64,000 bases of DNA from Lama glama (GCA_028534125.1 CM052816.1:37574001-37638000); one strand, 5' to 3'; counted from the stretch's first letter, positions 24,400 to 37,829 are shown. The notes: generated by a model from the letters alone, not told the origin. Made by a program: numbers and translations.

Positions 24400-27317
24400 C
24401 TGATGAAAAAATTACACTCAGTGTAGTTTTTTAATACACAGTGAGAGTCAATTATTTATCAGGTAGGTAGATTATGCACATTGAAACCTATCTCATTCAT
24501 ATCAGGACATTATATTTTATTTAACTTTGATGCCAGAGATTACTCATTTTTATCTCAAATGCTTTTTATTGTCATAGGAACACCATTCACTAGTATTACA
24601 CTTTCTAAACATCACAATTTGTGAGAGAGAGAGACACTCACAGAATGTATATGTGTATATATATGATTGCTTAATACATTCATAAAGCTTTGTAGCCAGT
24701 GAATAATTACTTACATAAACTGACCTTAGTGGCTACCATAAAACAGTCTAATTATTGCATTCTTAAAGTGACTGTAATTAATGTAATCTCCAAAGCCATA
24801 AAATATTAATATTTCAGGTTGCAGATTATCTGTAACATTTGTTGCACAAGATGGTAGTTTAATGTGCAGTCAGTGCTATAATTCACTGTTAATCTTTTAG
24901 TACTGAACCTCTGAAGTACCAGTTCTTACTAAATTGCTGCTGTAGTATCATAGTTTGAAGTCAACTTTAGGTGAAAATGAGCAATTAAATGTGCAGCAAA
25001 ACTGAAACCTTAGGAAAAAATACTAACCTTAAAAATGAATGTTCAATACCTGTAATATTTCATAAGCAATGAATCTGTGCACTTAATAAGTATTCAGAAA
25101 GTTTGATCACTTCAGCTTCCTGTTCATGGCAGAAACTTCACTGGCCTATGAAATTAACACGCTATATATGTACTGAAACAAAACAGTTAAAGAAACATCT
25201 ATGAAATACATATTAGAAAATTATTTTTTGGGAAATATTATTCTTACTCAGCAGGTACAGAGATTGTCAATTGCAGTTGTATATATTGAATAGTGTAGGC
25301 TTTAACCTTGTGGCACCAAAAAATGTGCAGGCATGGAGTGGGTCAATAACTAAATAAAAGGATCTATAGAGTGTTATTTCTGTATCAAAAGTGATCTTAG
25401 CCACCAGTGCACCTTGTTCTTGAGACACTGCTAAGCATGCTTAAAGGATTTGAAACTCCAAAAACTTTTATTAAACTGTAGGCTACAGTAAATATGTTAT
25501 TAAAAAGTAAAGAACGGGCTTCTTTCAATAAAACCGCCCTTGGCATTGAAAGACCCTTTAGAAACAAACTATAGTTGATCCTCGGAGACTCTTTTCTTTT
25601 TATTACTTACTCTTAATTTTTGCTTTGTTTCTTAGACTTTTTAAACAGTGGATTCTTAAGCTATTTAATTATGACACCAAAAATTTTGATCTACCCTCAA
25701 CTTTGGACCCCTTTTGATCAAATAAACACAAAGATCCTTCTACTATTACTGAGCGCTACATGAAAATCTATAAATAAATTAGAATCTTTATCAATAAAAT
25801 GTGTTTATAATGTATATAAATTTCTACTGAAATGTATAAGTAAAAACAGTTCTTGTAAAGGGAAATAAAGAGATGAAATAGAAATGCCAGTGTCTGGGCT
25901 TCCTCTCAACCCTTCCCTACCCTTCCAAGTTCTTTAAATTCATAAATCAAGAGTGCTGACACCTGACAGAAGTGAGGAAGAGTGTACACTGTATTTAGAG
26001 GACAGGCTGGAAGATAGCAGTGTGATGACTCCTAGTTGAAAATGGAAATATTGTTTACATCCAAAGAAAATTTTGTTTTTCTAAACTATTAGTTTTGTTG
26101 GATTTTTGTATAGACGTAGAAACAAGGAGTTAAATTTGAAGAGCTGTTGGTACAATTTAGACTTGGAGAAAAAGAGTAAGACTCATAGTGAAAAAGATAT
26201 TTTTTGACAGAGTTTTGCTGTGAATATAGTTTGACTACATTCACCAAACCATATTTCAGTGATATTTAACTCATTTATCTGGCAATGATGTGAAGCTTTC
26301 TAAATACACTACACATTTCTCTCTGAGTATCGTAAGTTACGCATTAGTACACATCAGTTACTGTAAACTACTTCTGAGCAATAATTTTAAGAATTACAAA
26401 TTATTTTCTAGAGATAAAAGTCTGGGAATTGATAGAAAAGCCTGAATTCTATACTTGCGCGTGCGCGCACACAGATACACAGGAAACACACATGCACTCT
26501 AATATATTTCTTTATATACTACTGTATTTAAGTAAGAAATGGAAATGTCGAAAATTAGCTTTACTCTCGAGATAGATGCCTTTATGTCTTACATATGTGG
26601 GCATGGATTAGCTGTTTGTAATCCAATTTAAATATTGTAGAATTACAATAGTTCCAGAGTTTATTTTTTTAAAGGGTCATTTCATACAGAAATGTTTTTG
26701 CCTTAAAATACCCTTCTGTGTTTATTTAGTTTTTATATATTTCAATAAAAGGATGCCTATTATGACAACCTTGCATAATAACACTGATAAGCCGTGAACT
26801 ACGAATGTAAAAACTACGAATGTATAAAGGTGCATTTAAATCTCAGGTGAGCCTAATGCTCTTTATATTCACAACCCTAAGTCATTTTTTTTATCTTTTT
26901 TTTTTTAAGCTCAGGCATCTTTAATTTTCATAATTCTTTACCTCTGAAAGAACTTAAAATATTCTATTCAGCTTTACCAGATCCCTAGATATATGTAAAT
27001 CAGTTCAAGAAAACATGCTTAATAGTTAAATAAAAGCTTTGTCAGTTTATTTTAAAATGAAATTCTTATGTTTCCAGGGTCCCATCAAAGGTGTTGCTCA
27101 GGAATTCTAAAGAGGCATTTGGAGGGGGGAATGAAAGCATTCAATTTTAGTCCATTTAATTCAGTGTTCATTTTCTTGACATCCTGCTAGTCATACCAAT
27201 ATTACTTCAGATTTTCTTTTTATTATAAGCAGATTACAAAACATGAGCTAAAATAAAGAATATAAGGCGATCTGAAATCCCGTTCTAGTTCTGCTGCTGT
27301 TTGCTGGGAGGTCTTAC

Positions 27318-27406
27318 GTATGTCAAATAAGTTCTGGTGGATGCCGTTTCCCTGTCATTACATGAAAGTGTTGGACTGGTTGAATACTGTATTTTACATA
27401 TATAGA
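27318..27406 (-). CDS. Candidate 89-nt internal exon of the unidentified minus-strand transcript
   Basis: Acceptor TTGTATTCATCCTTACAG|, donor TAC|GTAAGA; single open frame (phase 1-0) YICKIQYSTSPTLSCNDRETASTRTYLTY, inside ORF 27285-27590. Confidence 0.3.
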
Positions 27407-29632
27407 CTGTAAGGATGAATACAATTTGAAGACTTTGAAGGCCCAGTGTGTTAGTACTTACATAGATGTAATTTCTGCCATGTAAATTACATTTGCTAAT
27501 ATAGGATGAGTGACTTAATACTGTATAGTAGTACAAATGTAAAATTAGACAGCATGAGTTTAGATTTCCCCCTTTATCCTTAATAGGCAAATATTTGTGC
27601 TAAAGGATACTTTTTATAAAATACAAGTTAAGGTGAATTCTGTAAAAACAAAGGTTGTGATTTTATTACATTATTTAAAATATCTATGACCCCTCTCTCC
27701 CTCACTCCACTCACCCAAATTGGCTCCAAAGTACAAGAGTTACTATATTTCCTCACTGAATTAATATTAAAAATCTATGATTTGATTTTGGTAACGTTTT
27801 TCCAAACATTTCTATTGTTATTCCTTTAAAATAATAAATATGATAGAAATAATTTTGCATGTATATATTTCCAGAATATGACGCTAATTTGATATTTAAA
27901 ACTTTTTCAAAAAGTAGATAAAGTCAACTGAATAAATATTTAAGTACTCTATAAACAAAATAGATTTATAGAGACTTGTGCTTCATTCTGTACCACTGAA
28001 ATCAACCAAAGGAACACAGATGCTATCAACATTCTTGTTAAACACATTTAACATTCTTGTTAAACTTATAAATAAATATTGCTTTCTAAAGCAATATACA
28101 TACTGTCTTTCCATTGACTGTTGTTTCAAAAGTGTTTTGAAGAGCCTTCAATATAGACATAATGTTTACACTGTCACAATTAAAGGAAATTTGGCAAGAT
28201 AATGTCCACAGATTAAATACTAGTCAAAAAAAATTGAAAAGGATGAACAGTGAGATATTTTTAAGATTTTTAATGTAAATATTTAAACGTTGCTTCCTTT
28301 GCTTTTTGCAAAGATGATTGTTAAGAGAAAGAATTAATAAAAGCAAAGTGAATCTATAAAAAATACGTAATTTTTGGTAGTTACATTAGGAAAAAAATTT
28401 GATTTAAGAGTTAGGACTGTAGTTTGGATTTATAACCTGGAAATGTTAGAAATGTGGAATAAGAGGATTTTCACATGGTAAACCATTGATACTGCTAATA
28501 TTTTATAATTTCAGTAAATGAAGCTAAAGTATCATCAGTACGAAATAAAATACAGCATTTGAGCATATTGTTTTAAGTAAATTACAGAGTTTTAAAAAAA
28601 GTAGATAAAGGCCAGTGGAAGTTTGTGATTGGGGTTAAATTTGCTGGGATGTATAAATGATTCACGGAAAATTCCCTTCAGGTTTTCATTGCATGAGAAT
28701 TATTTTTGTTATTATTGAGCATTAGCATAACTAGAGCATTTCTAAGATGTCCTTCAGATGATCTTGAAAATCTCTATATGATATATAAAGACTAAATTCC
28801 TTGTGAATTGATGCAGAATCTGTGAATCTAGAGCAAAATATAAGGTAGGACAGTACAGAAATGCTTCCCACATACATACTAACAAACTATGCCTGTCTTC
28901 TTATTAGCAGTTGTCCTGCTATTTCTAGGACTTGCCGCTCATTAGATAGAATCAGCAACAATTCTTAGTTCTTCTTACAATTTTGCTAAAAAAGAATTTA
29001 CCTCTATTTCTATTATAGTATAATTACAACTATAGTTATCAATGTTGACCCATAGTTTGAAGCGTTATTGTAGCTTACAACTTTGGAGGTTTTTTTGTTT
29101 GGTTTTGGTTTTCTGTTGTTTTGTTTGTTTGTTTGTTTTTGTTTTTTTTTTAATATTAGAGTTTTGCCATTTCAACTCTCTAATGGAGCAAAATTTCTAT
29201 AACATGGCTCCCAAACTTGACCCTTAATGACAACTTCAGTTTTTCACTGGTTAGTGGGCATTAATCAGTTTCCATTATGACAAAATTTGTCAAAGGATGA
29301 AAAAATAAGTTGTTTGGAAATACAAGAGGCAGAATATAATTATAATGATGTCTTGAGAATAATTTATTAACTGCTATCATACCAATAAACATTAGAGTAA
29401 CTCAATAACATATCATGACTTCAGAACACATCATGAATACTCATATTTTTTCAAACCAAATCTAAAAACAGATTTGATTACAATTATACACCATTTTTTT
29501 CTTACATTTGGAAAAGGAGATGAAATACTGCTTCTCTCTGTTTCCATTTTGACCAATGCTATTAATTGTTACAAAGGGAAAATATAAAAAAAATTATAAG
29601 TTGCCAATGATTTTTTCAAGTAAACTGTTTTC

Positions 29633-32312
29633 TTTTTTTAATTTTTTTGAAGTATAATTAATTTACAATATTATGTTAGTTTCAGGTGTATAATACAGTG
29701 ATTCAGTATTTTTAGAGATTTCACTGTATTTAAAGTTATTACAAAATAATGGCTGTAGTTCCCTATGTGCTGCGTCCAGCGCAGCTCGGGACCCTGTCTG
29801 AGGACAGGCGACGCAAGACTTAAGAAACAAAGCGACAAAGTAAAGAGCAAAAATAGGACTAGGGGATTCAAGATCTCATGGATCCAGAATGCCGAAAGCC
29901 TGATCGACATCATATTTATTAGGAGTATACAGCTCAGAAAAAAAAGTGATCAAAGAGGTGGGGCTTTAGATATTCCATGTGATAAGCACTAAATTCTGCT
30001 TGCTGATTAACTGATTAATTTCAGGCTTGTCCCTTCCAGGGACAGTCACTCTCCTCAGGGTATGCAAAATTTCTAAATCTATCCTGTTATTGCCTCAGGG
30101 ACATCTCAAGATAGCAGATATTTCCCCTGGGCTTAACCTCATGCTTTCACTCCAGAACAAAGTTCTGTTAATGGATGATCTGGCTTTCCAGGACCATCCA
30201 TTGTTTTACCCTAAGGAAATATCTGCCCTCCTTCGTGCCCTTATGGTCAATCTCAGGATTGCTCACCACAAAGTTTCTTTAGCATAATATGTGCTATAGG
30301 TCATTTACTGCGTAAAACATTAAAACAAAGCAAGTATGTGCATTTTAAGCAAGCAAATGTGAATATAATATTTTAAGCTCATGGAAATTTAGGTGCACCT
30401 TGTTTTCCAGCTGTTCGTTTTCCAGCAGCTTATTTCCGAGCACCAATGCTGTACAATGTATCCTCGTTGCTTATTTATTTCATACATAGTAGCTTGTATC
30501 TGTTAATCCCCTGCCGTTATCCTGCCCATACCTCATTCCCTCTCCCCACTTGCAACCAGTAGTTTGTTCTCTGTATCTGTGAGTTTGTTCTGTTGTATAC
30601 ATTTGTTATATATTTTTTTAGATACCACGTAAGTGATAATGGATAGTATTTGTCTTTCTCTGTCTGGTTATTTCACTAAGCATAATACCCTTCAGATCCA
30701 TTCATGTTGTTGCAAATGGCAGTATTTCACTGGTACCCTGGATGTTGTCCCATAGGACCCTTAAATTGTTCTCATTTTTAAACTTGTTTTTCTTTTTGCT
30801 CTTCTGATTAGGTGATTTCCAATATTTTATCTTCCAGATCACTTATGTGTTCTGTATCACCTAGTCAGCTTCTAATTCCTTCCAGTGTGATTTTCATTTA
30901 TTATTGTGTTAATCACTTCTGACTTGTTCTTTTTTATATTTTCTAATTTCTTCTTAAAATTCTTACTGTGCTCGTCTATTCTTTTTCCTAATTTAATTAG
31001 CATTCCTTACTATTAATGCTTTGAACTTTTTCTCTGATAAATTATTTATTTCTATTTCATTAGTTGTTTTTGGGGGGTGGATTTTTCTCTTGTTCTTTCA
31101 ATTAAACATATTCCTTTGTCTTTTCATTTTGGTTAACTTTCTCTGTCATCACAAAGTTAAATGAAACAGTTATCTATTGTAGTCTTAAAGGAGTGCCCTT
31201 CTGTGGGAACATCCCTATACTATTTCTGTGTGCATAGTGGCTCTGGTAAGAGAGCTGGGTCTGATGTGAACATGAGTCACGTTTTTCCCCAGAGTGTGCT
31301 GGCACCTATCACCTTGCTAGGAGTTGGGCTAGAGATGGAGAGACCAGGGCCAGAGCCATGTCTGGGTCTCCTCCTCTGCTCAGTAGCTAGGTCTACCCTA
31401 GTGGGGCCAGGGTGAGGACCCAACTTGCTGGAGAGGATGCATGGAGGTTTGGGTGGGAGCTAGGTCTGTTTCCTTTAACTATGTCCTCTCCCCTCTCCCA
31501 GCAGGTTACCCTCCAGAGGTGAGCAGTGTTAGAGCAGGTGCAGCTGCTGAATTCACTTCGGTATGAGTCAGGGTGCAGGCTGTAGCATTCCAGGTGCAGT
31601 CGGAAACCCAGACTGCTTCTTGTCACTGCCTCTTGAGTGCTAGTAATGGCTGCCCCAACCCTGCTCAGATGCTGCTCCAGGTCTGAGCTGCCTTTGTCCC
31701 TCATATCTGAGCTTTCCTCTAAGCTGCTGAAGCCTTCACCATAGTTTCGAGCTATGCTGCAGAGCTGTGCAAGCAGGGCCAGGGTGAGTGCTTGGCTCCG
31801 GCCAGGGTGTGCACCGGAGTGGTTACAGGAAACAGACCAGCATCCCATGCACTTTCAATTCCCCTCTCTCCACCTGGTTTTGACAGTAAGCAAGCCTGTG
31901 TGTGCTCTTTGTGAGTGGAGTCTAGGCTTCCTACAGCCCTCCTGTTAGTCCCATCAGCCTTCAAACCAGCCAAGGCAACTCATCTTCCTGGTGGTGGACC
32001 CCAGGGCTGGGCCACTTAATGTATGGCTCCAGTCACTCACTCCTCGGGGAAGATATCTGTCCTTATAATCCACATCCTCTTCTGAGTCCCCTCCCCCAGG
32101 CACAGTTCCCAACCTGATCAGTTGTTTTTGCTTCCTACCCAATTCCATGTGGATTTTTCTTTTTTTTTTTTTCCTGCTATGTATAGGACTGTTTCTACCA
32201 CTCTCTAGTTAGTTTTCAGTGAGAATTGTTCCACACGTAGATATAATTTTGACACGTTCATGGAGGGGAGGGTGAGTTCCATGCCCTCCTACTCAGCCAT
32301 CTTGATCTCCTT
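29633..32312 (-). mobile_element. Internally deleted L1 (5'UTR + ORF1 start fused to ORF2 end/3'UTR), interrupted by an LTR
   Basis: L1 5' terminus (GATCAAGATGGCTGAGTAGGAGG) at ~32310; ORF1 sequence TATGGGACAACATC joined at ~30732 to GTGAAATACTGCCATTTGCAACAACATG; poly(A) at ~29633; TSD-like GTAAACTGTTTTCT / GTAAACTCTGTTTCT. Confidence 0.85.
29768..30445 (-). mobile_element. Young ERV solo LTR nested in an L1 3'UTR
   Basis: Splits L1 motif TTCCCT(A)TG|CTGTACAA; imperfect inverted termini TGCTGC...GCACCA; minus-strand AATAAA at 29915-29920; CpGs retained in U5; TSD ambiguous. Confidence 0.85.
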
Positions 32313-33244
32313 TCTGTAAACTCTGTTTCTTTAAAACTCATTTTCCTGAAAACAAATTTCAAATGATATACTGATTTATCAAGTAACTTAGTTCTCAGAC
32401 ATACTTGATAAGTTAGCTGAAATATTGTTTTTCATATATTTTACATGTTTTAGAAATAGAAGTGCGCTGAGAATAAAAACAACTTAGTACTTTATCATCC
32501 TGGGAATTAATACGAACTTAGGTATGTGAGTTTACAGTCATTCCTAGGTACGGAGAAATTAGAAACAGTCATATCTGAGGTTTGTTGTGTATTTGTGTAT
32601 GTATTTGTGTGTGTGTCTGTGTGTATTTTATTGAGATAAAATGTGTAGATTTTATTGAGATAAAATATACACAGGGAAAATTAAATAAAGATTTAAAATT
32701 TGAAGCTTATTTTCCAAAATAAATGAATAAAATGCACTGCTTCAGTAGAAGTGTTCACACTGGAATACTAAATTTCATGAACATATTAAATTCCTCAGGT
32801 CTATTTGGAACTCTTCTTAAAATTACCTTCAGATGAATATGCATATTCTCAACTTTGGTAACTTTGGTAGGGTGAAGCGTAATAGACAAATGACAATGCT
32901 TTCTTTAAATTTTGGAATAAAATGATTAAACAAAACAAAACAAAAAAATACTAAGACAAAGGTGCACTGTGAACCAAAAACACTTTAATGTGTCTGAGAT
33001 CCACAGTTGGGAACCAGCTATGGTTCGTAAGACTAACATGTAGATCCTTAGCAGATATATTTAAGTAATAGTGTATACCCTGGGGTTGGGAAGACTGTAG
33101 AAGGTCTTATGTGATCGTACGTGAAATGTACTATGTTTCTGTGAAGTTCACTGTAAATTCTTACAGACGTTCTTATGTTTATTCATATTTTCTGAAAATG
33201 TGTAAAGTATAAACCATAAGTGTAGCACTTGATGAATTTTTAGA

Positions 33245-33530
33245 GTGGAAATACTCTGTAAGATACTATAATGGTGAACATATACTATTACACATTTGTC
33301 CAAACCCAAAGAATGTATAATTTGATAAGTGAACCCTAATGTAAACCATGGACTTTGGTTAATAAGGATGTGTCATTGTAGGTTCGTCAGCTCTAACAAA
33401 TGTACCACACGGATGTGGGACATTAATCGTAAGAGAGACTATGCATGTGTGGGTCAGGGAGTATATAGGAAATCTCTGTATCTTCTGCTCAGTTATGCAA
33501 TGAAACTTTAACAGCTCTAAAAAAAATAAA
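33245..33530 (+). mobile_element. L1MC-type 3' end
   Basis: GTGAACCCTAATGTAAACCATGGACTTTGGTTAATAA...AACAAATGTACCAC...GGAAATCTCTGTA...GCTCTAAAAAAAATAAA. Confidence 0.75.
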
Positions 33531-33684
33531 TATATGTATAGATATATATCATTTTTATTCTCTCCCTCTCTTTCTCTCTCTCTCTAATTTGATTAGGTTT
33601 TCTAGAGTTGTGATCAGGACTTTGTGGTTGCAGTGAGGAAGTCATGGCGTAATGGAGATCACTATAAGAAATGTGATTTTTAAA

Positions 33685-33710
33685 ACACACACACACACAC
33701 ACACACACAC
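33685..33710. repeat. (AC)13 microsatellite
   Basis: Perfect dinucleotide run. Confidence 0.95.
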
Positions 33711-33767
33711 AGAATACTTACTTGCCTTAAGATGACACACATATATATATATACAGAGAGAGGATGT

Positions 33768-35260
33768 CTATGGTGTGAGGCCGTGTTCTAACTTACATGA
33801 CTTACATGTGGCTGTGCAACTTTCCCAATACCATTTGCTGAAGAGACTGTCTTTTCCCCATTGTATATTCTTGCTTTCTTTGTTAAGATGAATTGACTAT
33901 TGGTGTGTGGGTTTATTTCTGGGCTCTCTGTTCTGTTCCATTGATCAATGTCTGTTTTTGTGTCAGTACCATGCTGTTTTGATTACTGTAGTTTAAGAGT
34001 ATTGTCTGGAGTCTGGAGATTATACCTCCAGCTTTGTTCTTTTTCCTCAGAATTGCTGTGGCAATTCTGGGTCTTCTATGGTTCTGTATAAATTTTAGGA
34101 TTCTTTGTTCTAGTTCTGTGAAAAATGTCATGGGTGATTTGGTATGGATTGCATTGACTCTGTAGATTGTTTTGAGAAGTATGTACATTTTAACAATATT
34201 AATTCTTCCAATCCAAGAGCAGGGAATATCTCTCCATTGCTTGGGTTCATCTTCATTTAACTTTATCGATGTTTTATAGTTCTCAGCATGTAGGTCTTTC
34301 AAATATTTGGTCAGATTTATTCCTAAGTATTTTAGTTTTTTGATGCAGTTTTAAAAGAGATTGTTTTCCTACTTTCCCTTTCTGGGAAACTTTTACCTTT
34401 CCTTTTTTATTGTTAGTGTAAAGAAATGCAAAAGATTTTATTGCATTTTATGCACGTTAATTTTGTATCCTGTTAATTTTGTATCCTGTTACTTTGCTGA
34501 GTTCATTTATCAGTTCTAGTTGTTTTTGTGTGGAGTCTTTAGGAATTATATATATATATATATAAAGTCATGTCATCTGCATATAATGACAATTTTACCT
34601 CTTCCCTTCCAATGTAGATCCCTTTTTATTTTTCTTATCTGATTGCTGTTGCTAGGACTTCTAATACTATGTTGAATAGAAGTGGTGAAAGTAGGCAAAC
34701 TGGTCTTGTTCCATATTTTAGTCAGAAGGCTTTCAGCTTTTCACTGCTGAGTATTATGTTGCTTGTGGATTTATCATAAATCGCTTTTATATGCTGAGAT
34801 ACGTTCCCTCTATATCCTCTTTGGTGAGAGGTGTTTTTTTTTAATCCTGAATGGATGTTGAATTTTATCAAATGCTTTTTCTGTATCTATTGATATGATC
34901 ATGTGGCTTTTGTCTTTTCTTTTGTTGATGTGGTGTATCACATTGATTGCGTTGCATATGTTGAATCATTGTTGTGACCTTGGGATGAATCCAACTTGAT
35001 CATGGTGCATGATCCTATTTATGTGTTGTTGGATTTGGTTTGTTTTTATTTTGCTGAGTATTTTGCACCTATATTCATCAAAGATATTGGCCTGTCATCT
35101 TCTTTTTTTGGTAGTGTCTTTGTCTTTTTTTTTTTTTCAATCAGGGTAATGGTGGCTTCATAGAATGAATTTGGGAGGGTTCCATTCTCTTCAGTCTTCT
35201 GGAAGAGTTTGAGAAGGATCAGTATATTCTTTTTTGTGTGTTTGGTAGAATTCCCCAATT
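33768..35260 (-). mobile_element. L1 ORF2 (reverse transcriptase and downstream) remnant, disrupted
   Basis: ORFs 35046-35258 ([26 protein letters not shown]) and 33913-34302 ([17 protein letters not shown]...FFTELEQ...[11 protein letters not shown]) are L1 ORF2p. Confidence 0.9.
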
Positions 35261-37148
35261 TGCCAAGATATTACTGAGAGTTCCAGTTATCCTTCACCCG
35301 CCTTTCTCTAATGTTAATGTCTTAAAAATAAAAACCATGACGCATTTGTCAAAATGAATATTTTATAATGACACCACTAAATACAACTTTATTCAGGTAA
35401 CACCAGTTGCAACAAATACCCTTTATCTTATCAAGGATCCCAGCAGGACACCACATCACCTTCAGTTTTCAGGTCTCAGACAGTCTTCTCTGATGTGGGA
35501 CAGTATCTCAATCTTGGTTTTCTTGACCTTAATAAACACTTGTGGAGAGTACTAGTCAGATATTTTGTCAAATGGCCTCCAATTTGAGTTATTCAGGTGT
35601 TTTTAAGTGATAGACTGGGATTGTATTTTTGAAGGGAAGAATACCATAGAGGTAAAGTGTCCTTTTCATTACATAATACAAGGGGACACATGATATCATC
35701 ATGATTTATTATTGATAACATTAAGCTAGATCACTTGGTTAAAGTGTCACATGCCTGGTTTCTCCACTATAATTTTTTTTTCTTTTTTCTATTTGCATTT
35801 TCTATACCTTGGAAGTGAGTCAATATGTCCTGCCCCTTCCCAAAGGGGTGCTGAGGAATGCAGCTACGGCTCCTGAAGCGAGGAGTATCTACATTTATTA
35901 TTTGGAATTCTTCAGCAATGAGGATTTGTACTTTCTCCTCTATTTATTTATTCAGTTTTTATATAAATATAGATTAATGTATGGTTAATTTATTATTTGA
36001 AATATAATCTAATAATTGTATTTTTTTTAAATTTAAAATTTAAATGTTATCTCCTTGTGGCTTGGATTTGCATTTCCATTGGTGATTCTGAGCATCCTTT
36101 CATGTACTTGTTGATTGTTTTTATGTATTTTCCTTTTTTTATGTATTTTTTTATGTAGTCCCTTTTTTAAGAATTTCCTTTTCAGCTTGTTCATTGCTAA
36201 GTCTACATAGAGACCACTGATTTTATTTGGTAATATTGAATCCTGCAACTTTGCTGAATTCATCAGCTTTAGTATTTTTCTTGTGAATTCTTTGGGATTT
36301 TTTTAAAATACAGAATTGTGTCATCTGGGAATAGAGGTTGTTCTACTTCATTTCCAAGGACAATGATTTTTTTTTTAACTAGTTTCTCTGTATAGAACTT
36401 CTGATACAATTTTGAATAGAAGTGATGAAAGTGGAAAAAATTTAGGAATGTATTTTTCTTACAAAAAATTTGCAAGGTAATACACAGAATTTCTATATGC
36501 TGTACACTCAGTTTGCTTTATTATTAATTACTTACACTTGTTCAGTATATTTGTTACAATTATTGGATCCGTATTGATAAATTATTATTAATTAAAGTCT
36601 AATACTTTATCCAGGTTTTATTACTTGTTACATAATGTCATTTTTCTGTTCCAGTATTCCTTCCAGTATACCGTGTTTAATTATGTAATCTTGTCTCTTT
36701 AGGCACTTGTTGGCTATGACAGTTTCTCAGACTTAGTTTTTGATGGCCCTGACACGTTTCAGCAGCACTGGTCAGGCATTCTGTACACTACCACGCAACT
36801 GGAATTTTTCTGGTGTTTATCTTACAATTGGACACAGATTATGATGTGTATTTTGGAGGAAGACCACAGAGGTAAAATGTGATTTCATTGCATCATATCA
36901 AGGGTATCATCCTGGCTTATCAATGTTGATGTTAACCTTGACCACCTGGCTGAGGAAGGGTTTTTAGATTTATCCAGTGAATGAGTCTTTTTGTTGTCCT
37001 TTAATAGTGTACGCTTTGGATGTACTCACACTTAAAAGTGATGAGCTATATTTCACCTGCTAGAAGAAAGAGTATCTCCATAGATTATTTGGAACTTTTT
37101 CCTATGAGCCATTAGTGTATTTTCTTCCACTTATTTATCTATTCAGGC

Positions 37149-37172
37149 ATATATATATATATATATATATAT
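37149..37172. repeat. (AT)12 microsatellite
   Basis: Perfect dinucleotide run. Confidence 0.95.
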
Positions 37173-37644
37173 AATCAGTATAGATTATATTGATTGTTAT
37201 AATGCTTATATATTTATGAATATGTGAATATATATAATTAACATATGTAATAATGTAATACTACTTTATTTATATATTTTTGCTCAAATTATTCTAGCTT
37301 TGGCCATTGGAAGTGCTTTCAGCAGGCTTCTCTGTCCCTTTGGCGCACCCTTGTTATTATGCATGTGTGTGTACATGTGTGAAAGAGAAAATGAGAGAGA
37401 GAGAGCACTTCCCTTCTGGCATATAAGATGCTCCCAGTTCATCTTATATATATTTCCTACCCAGGCCCTAGAATCAGCCATTTATCCAAGGAGACCTGGG
37501 TACTATTATTAGAAAATGGTATTAGAAATAAGATCCGTGTACTGGGTGTGCTTATTGCTACTGAAATGTTGCTTCTAGGCCCAAACATACATGTATATAC
37601 AGCAAAATTATTGTATGTATGTATACTAATCCATGTATACATAC

Positions 37645-37829
37645 ATGGTTGACTCTTAAAACAACTCAGGTTAGGAGCACCGGTCCCACACACAGGGGAA
37701 AATCTGTATAATTTATAGTCATTCCTCTGTCTGTGTAGTTCCACATCTGTATCTTATGGTACTGAAATATGTATTTATTGAAAAAAAACCCACATAAGTG
37801 GACCTACACTTGTTGTTCAAGGTCAGCTG
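37645..37829. mobile_element. Tigger2-derived MITE (MER8-like, TcMar-Tigger)
   Basis: Terminal inverted repeats GGTTGACTCTTAAAACAAC ... GTTGTTCAAGGTCAGCTG followed by TA; internal TATTTATTGAAAAAAAACCCACATAAGTGGACC. Confidence 0.7.

Noticed and set aside
26456..26473. TGCGCGTGCGCGCACACA alternating purine-pyrimidine run
   Set aside because: Typical degenerate (CA)/(CG) microsatellite edge; too short to call
31393..31848. Longest ORF in the track (151 aa)
   Set aside because: Lies in the GC-rich L1 5'UTR; no recognisable protein; stop-poor composition explains its length
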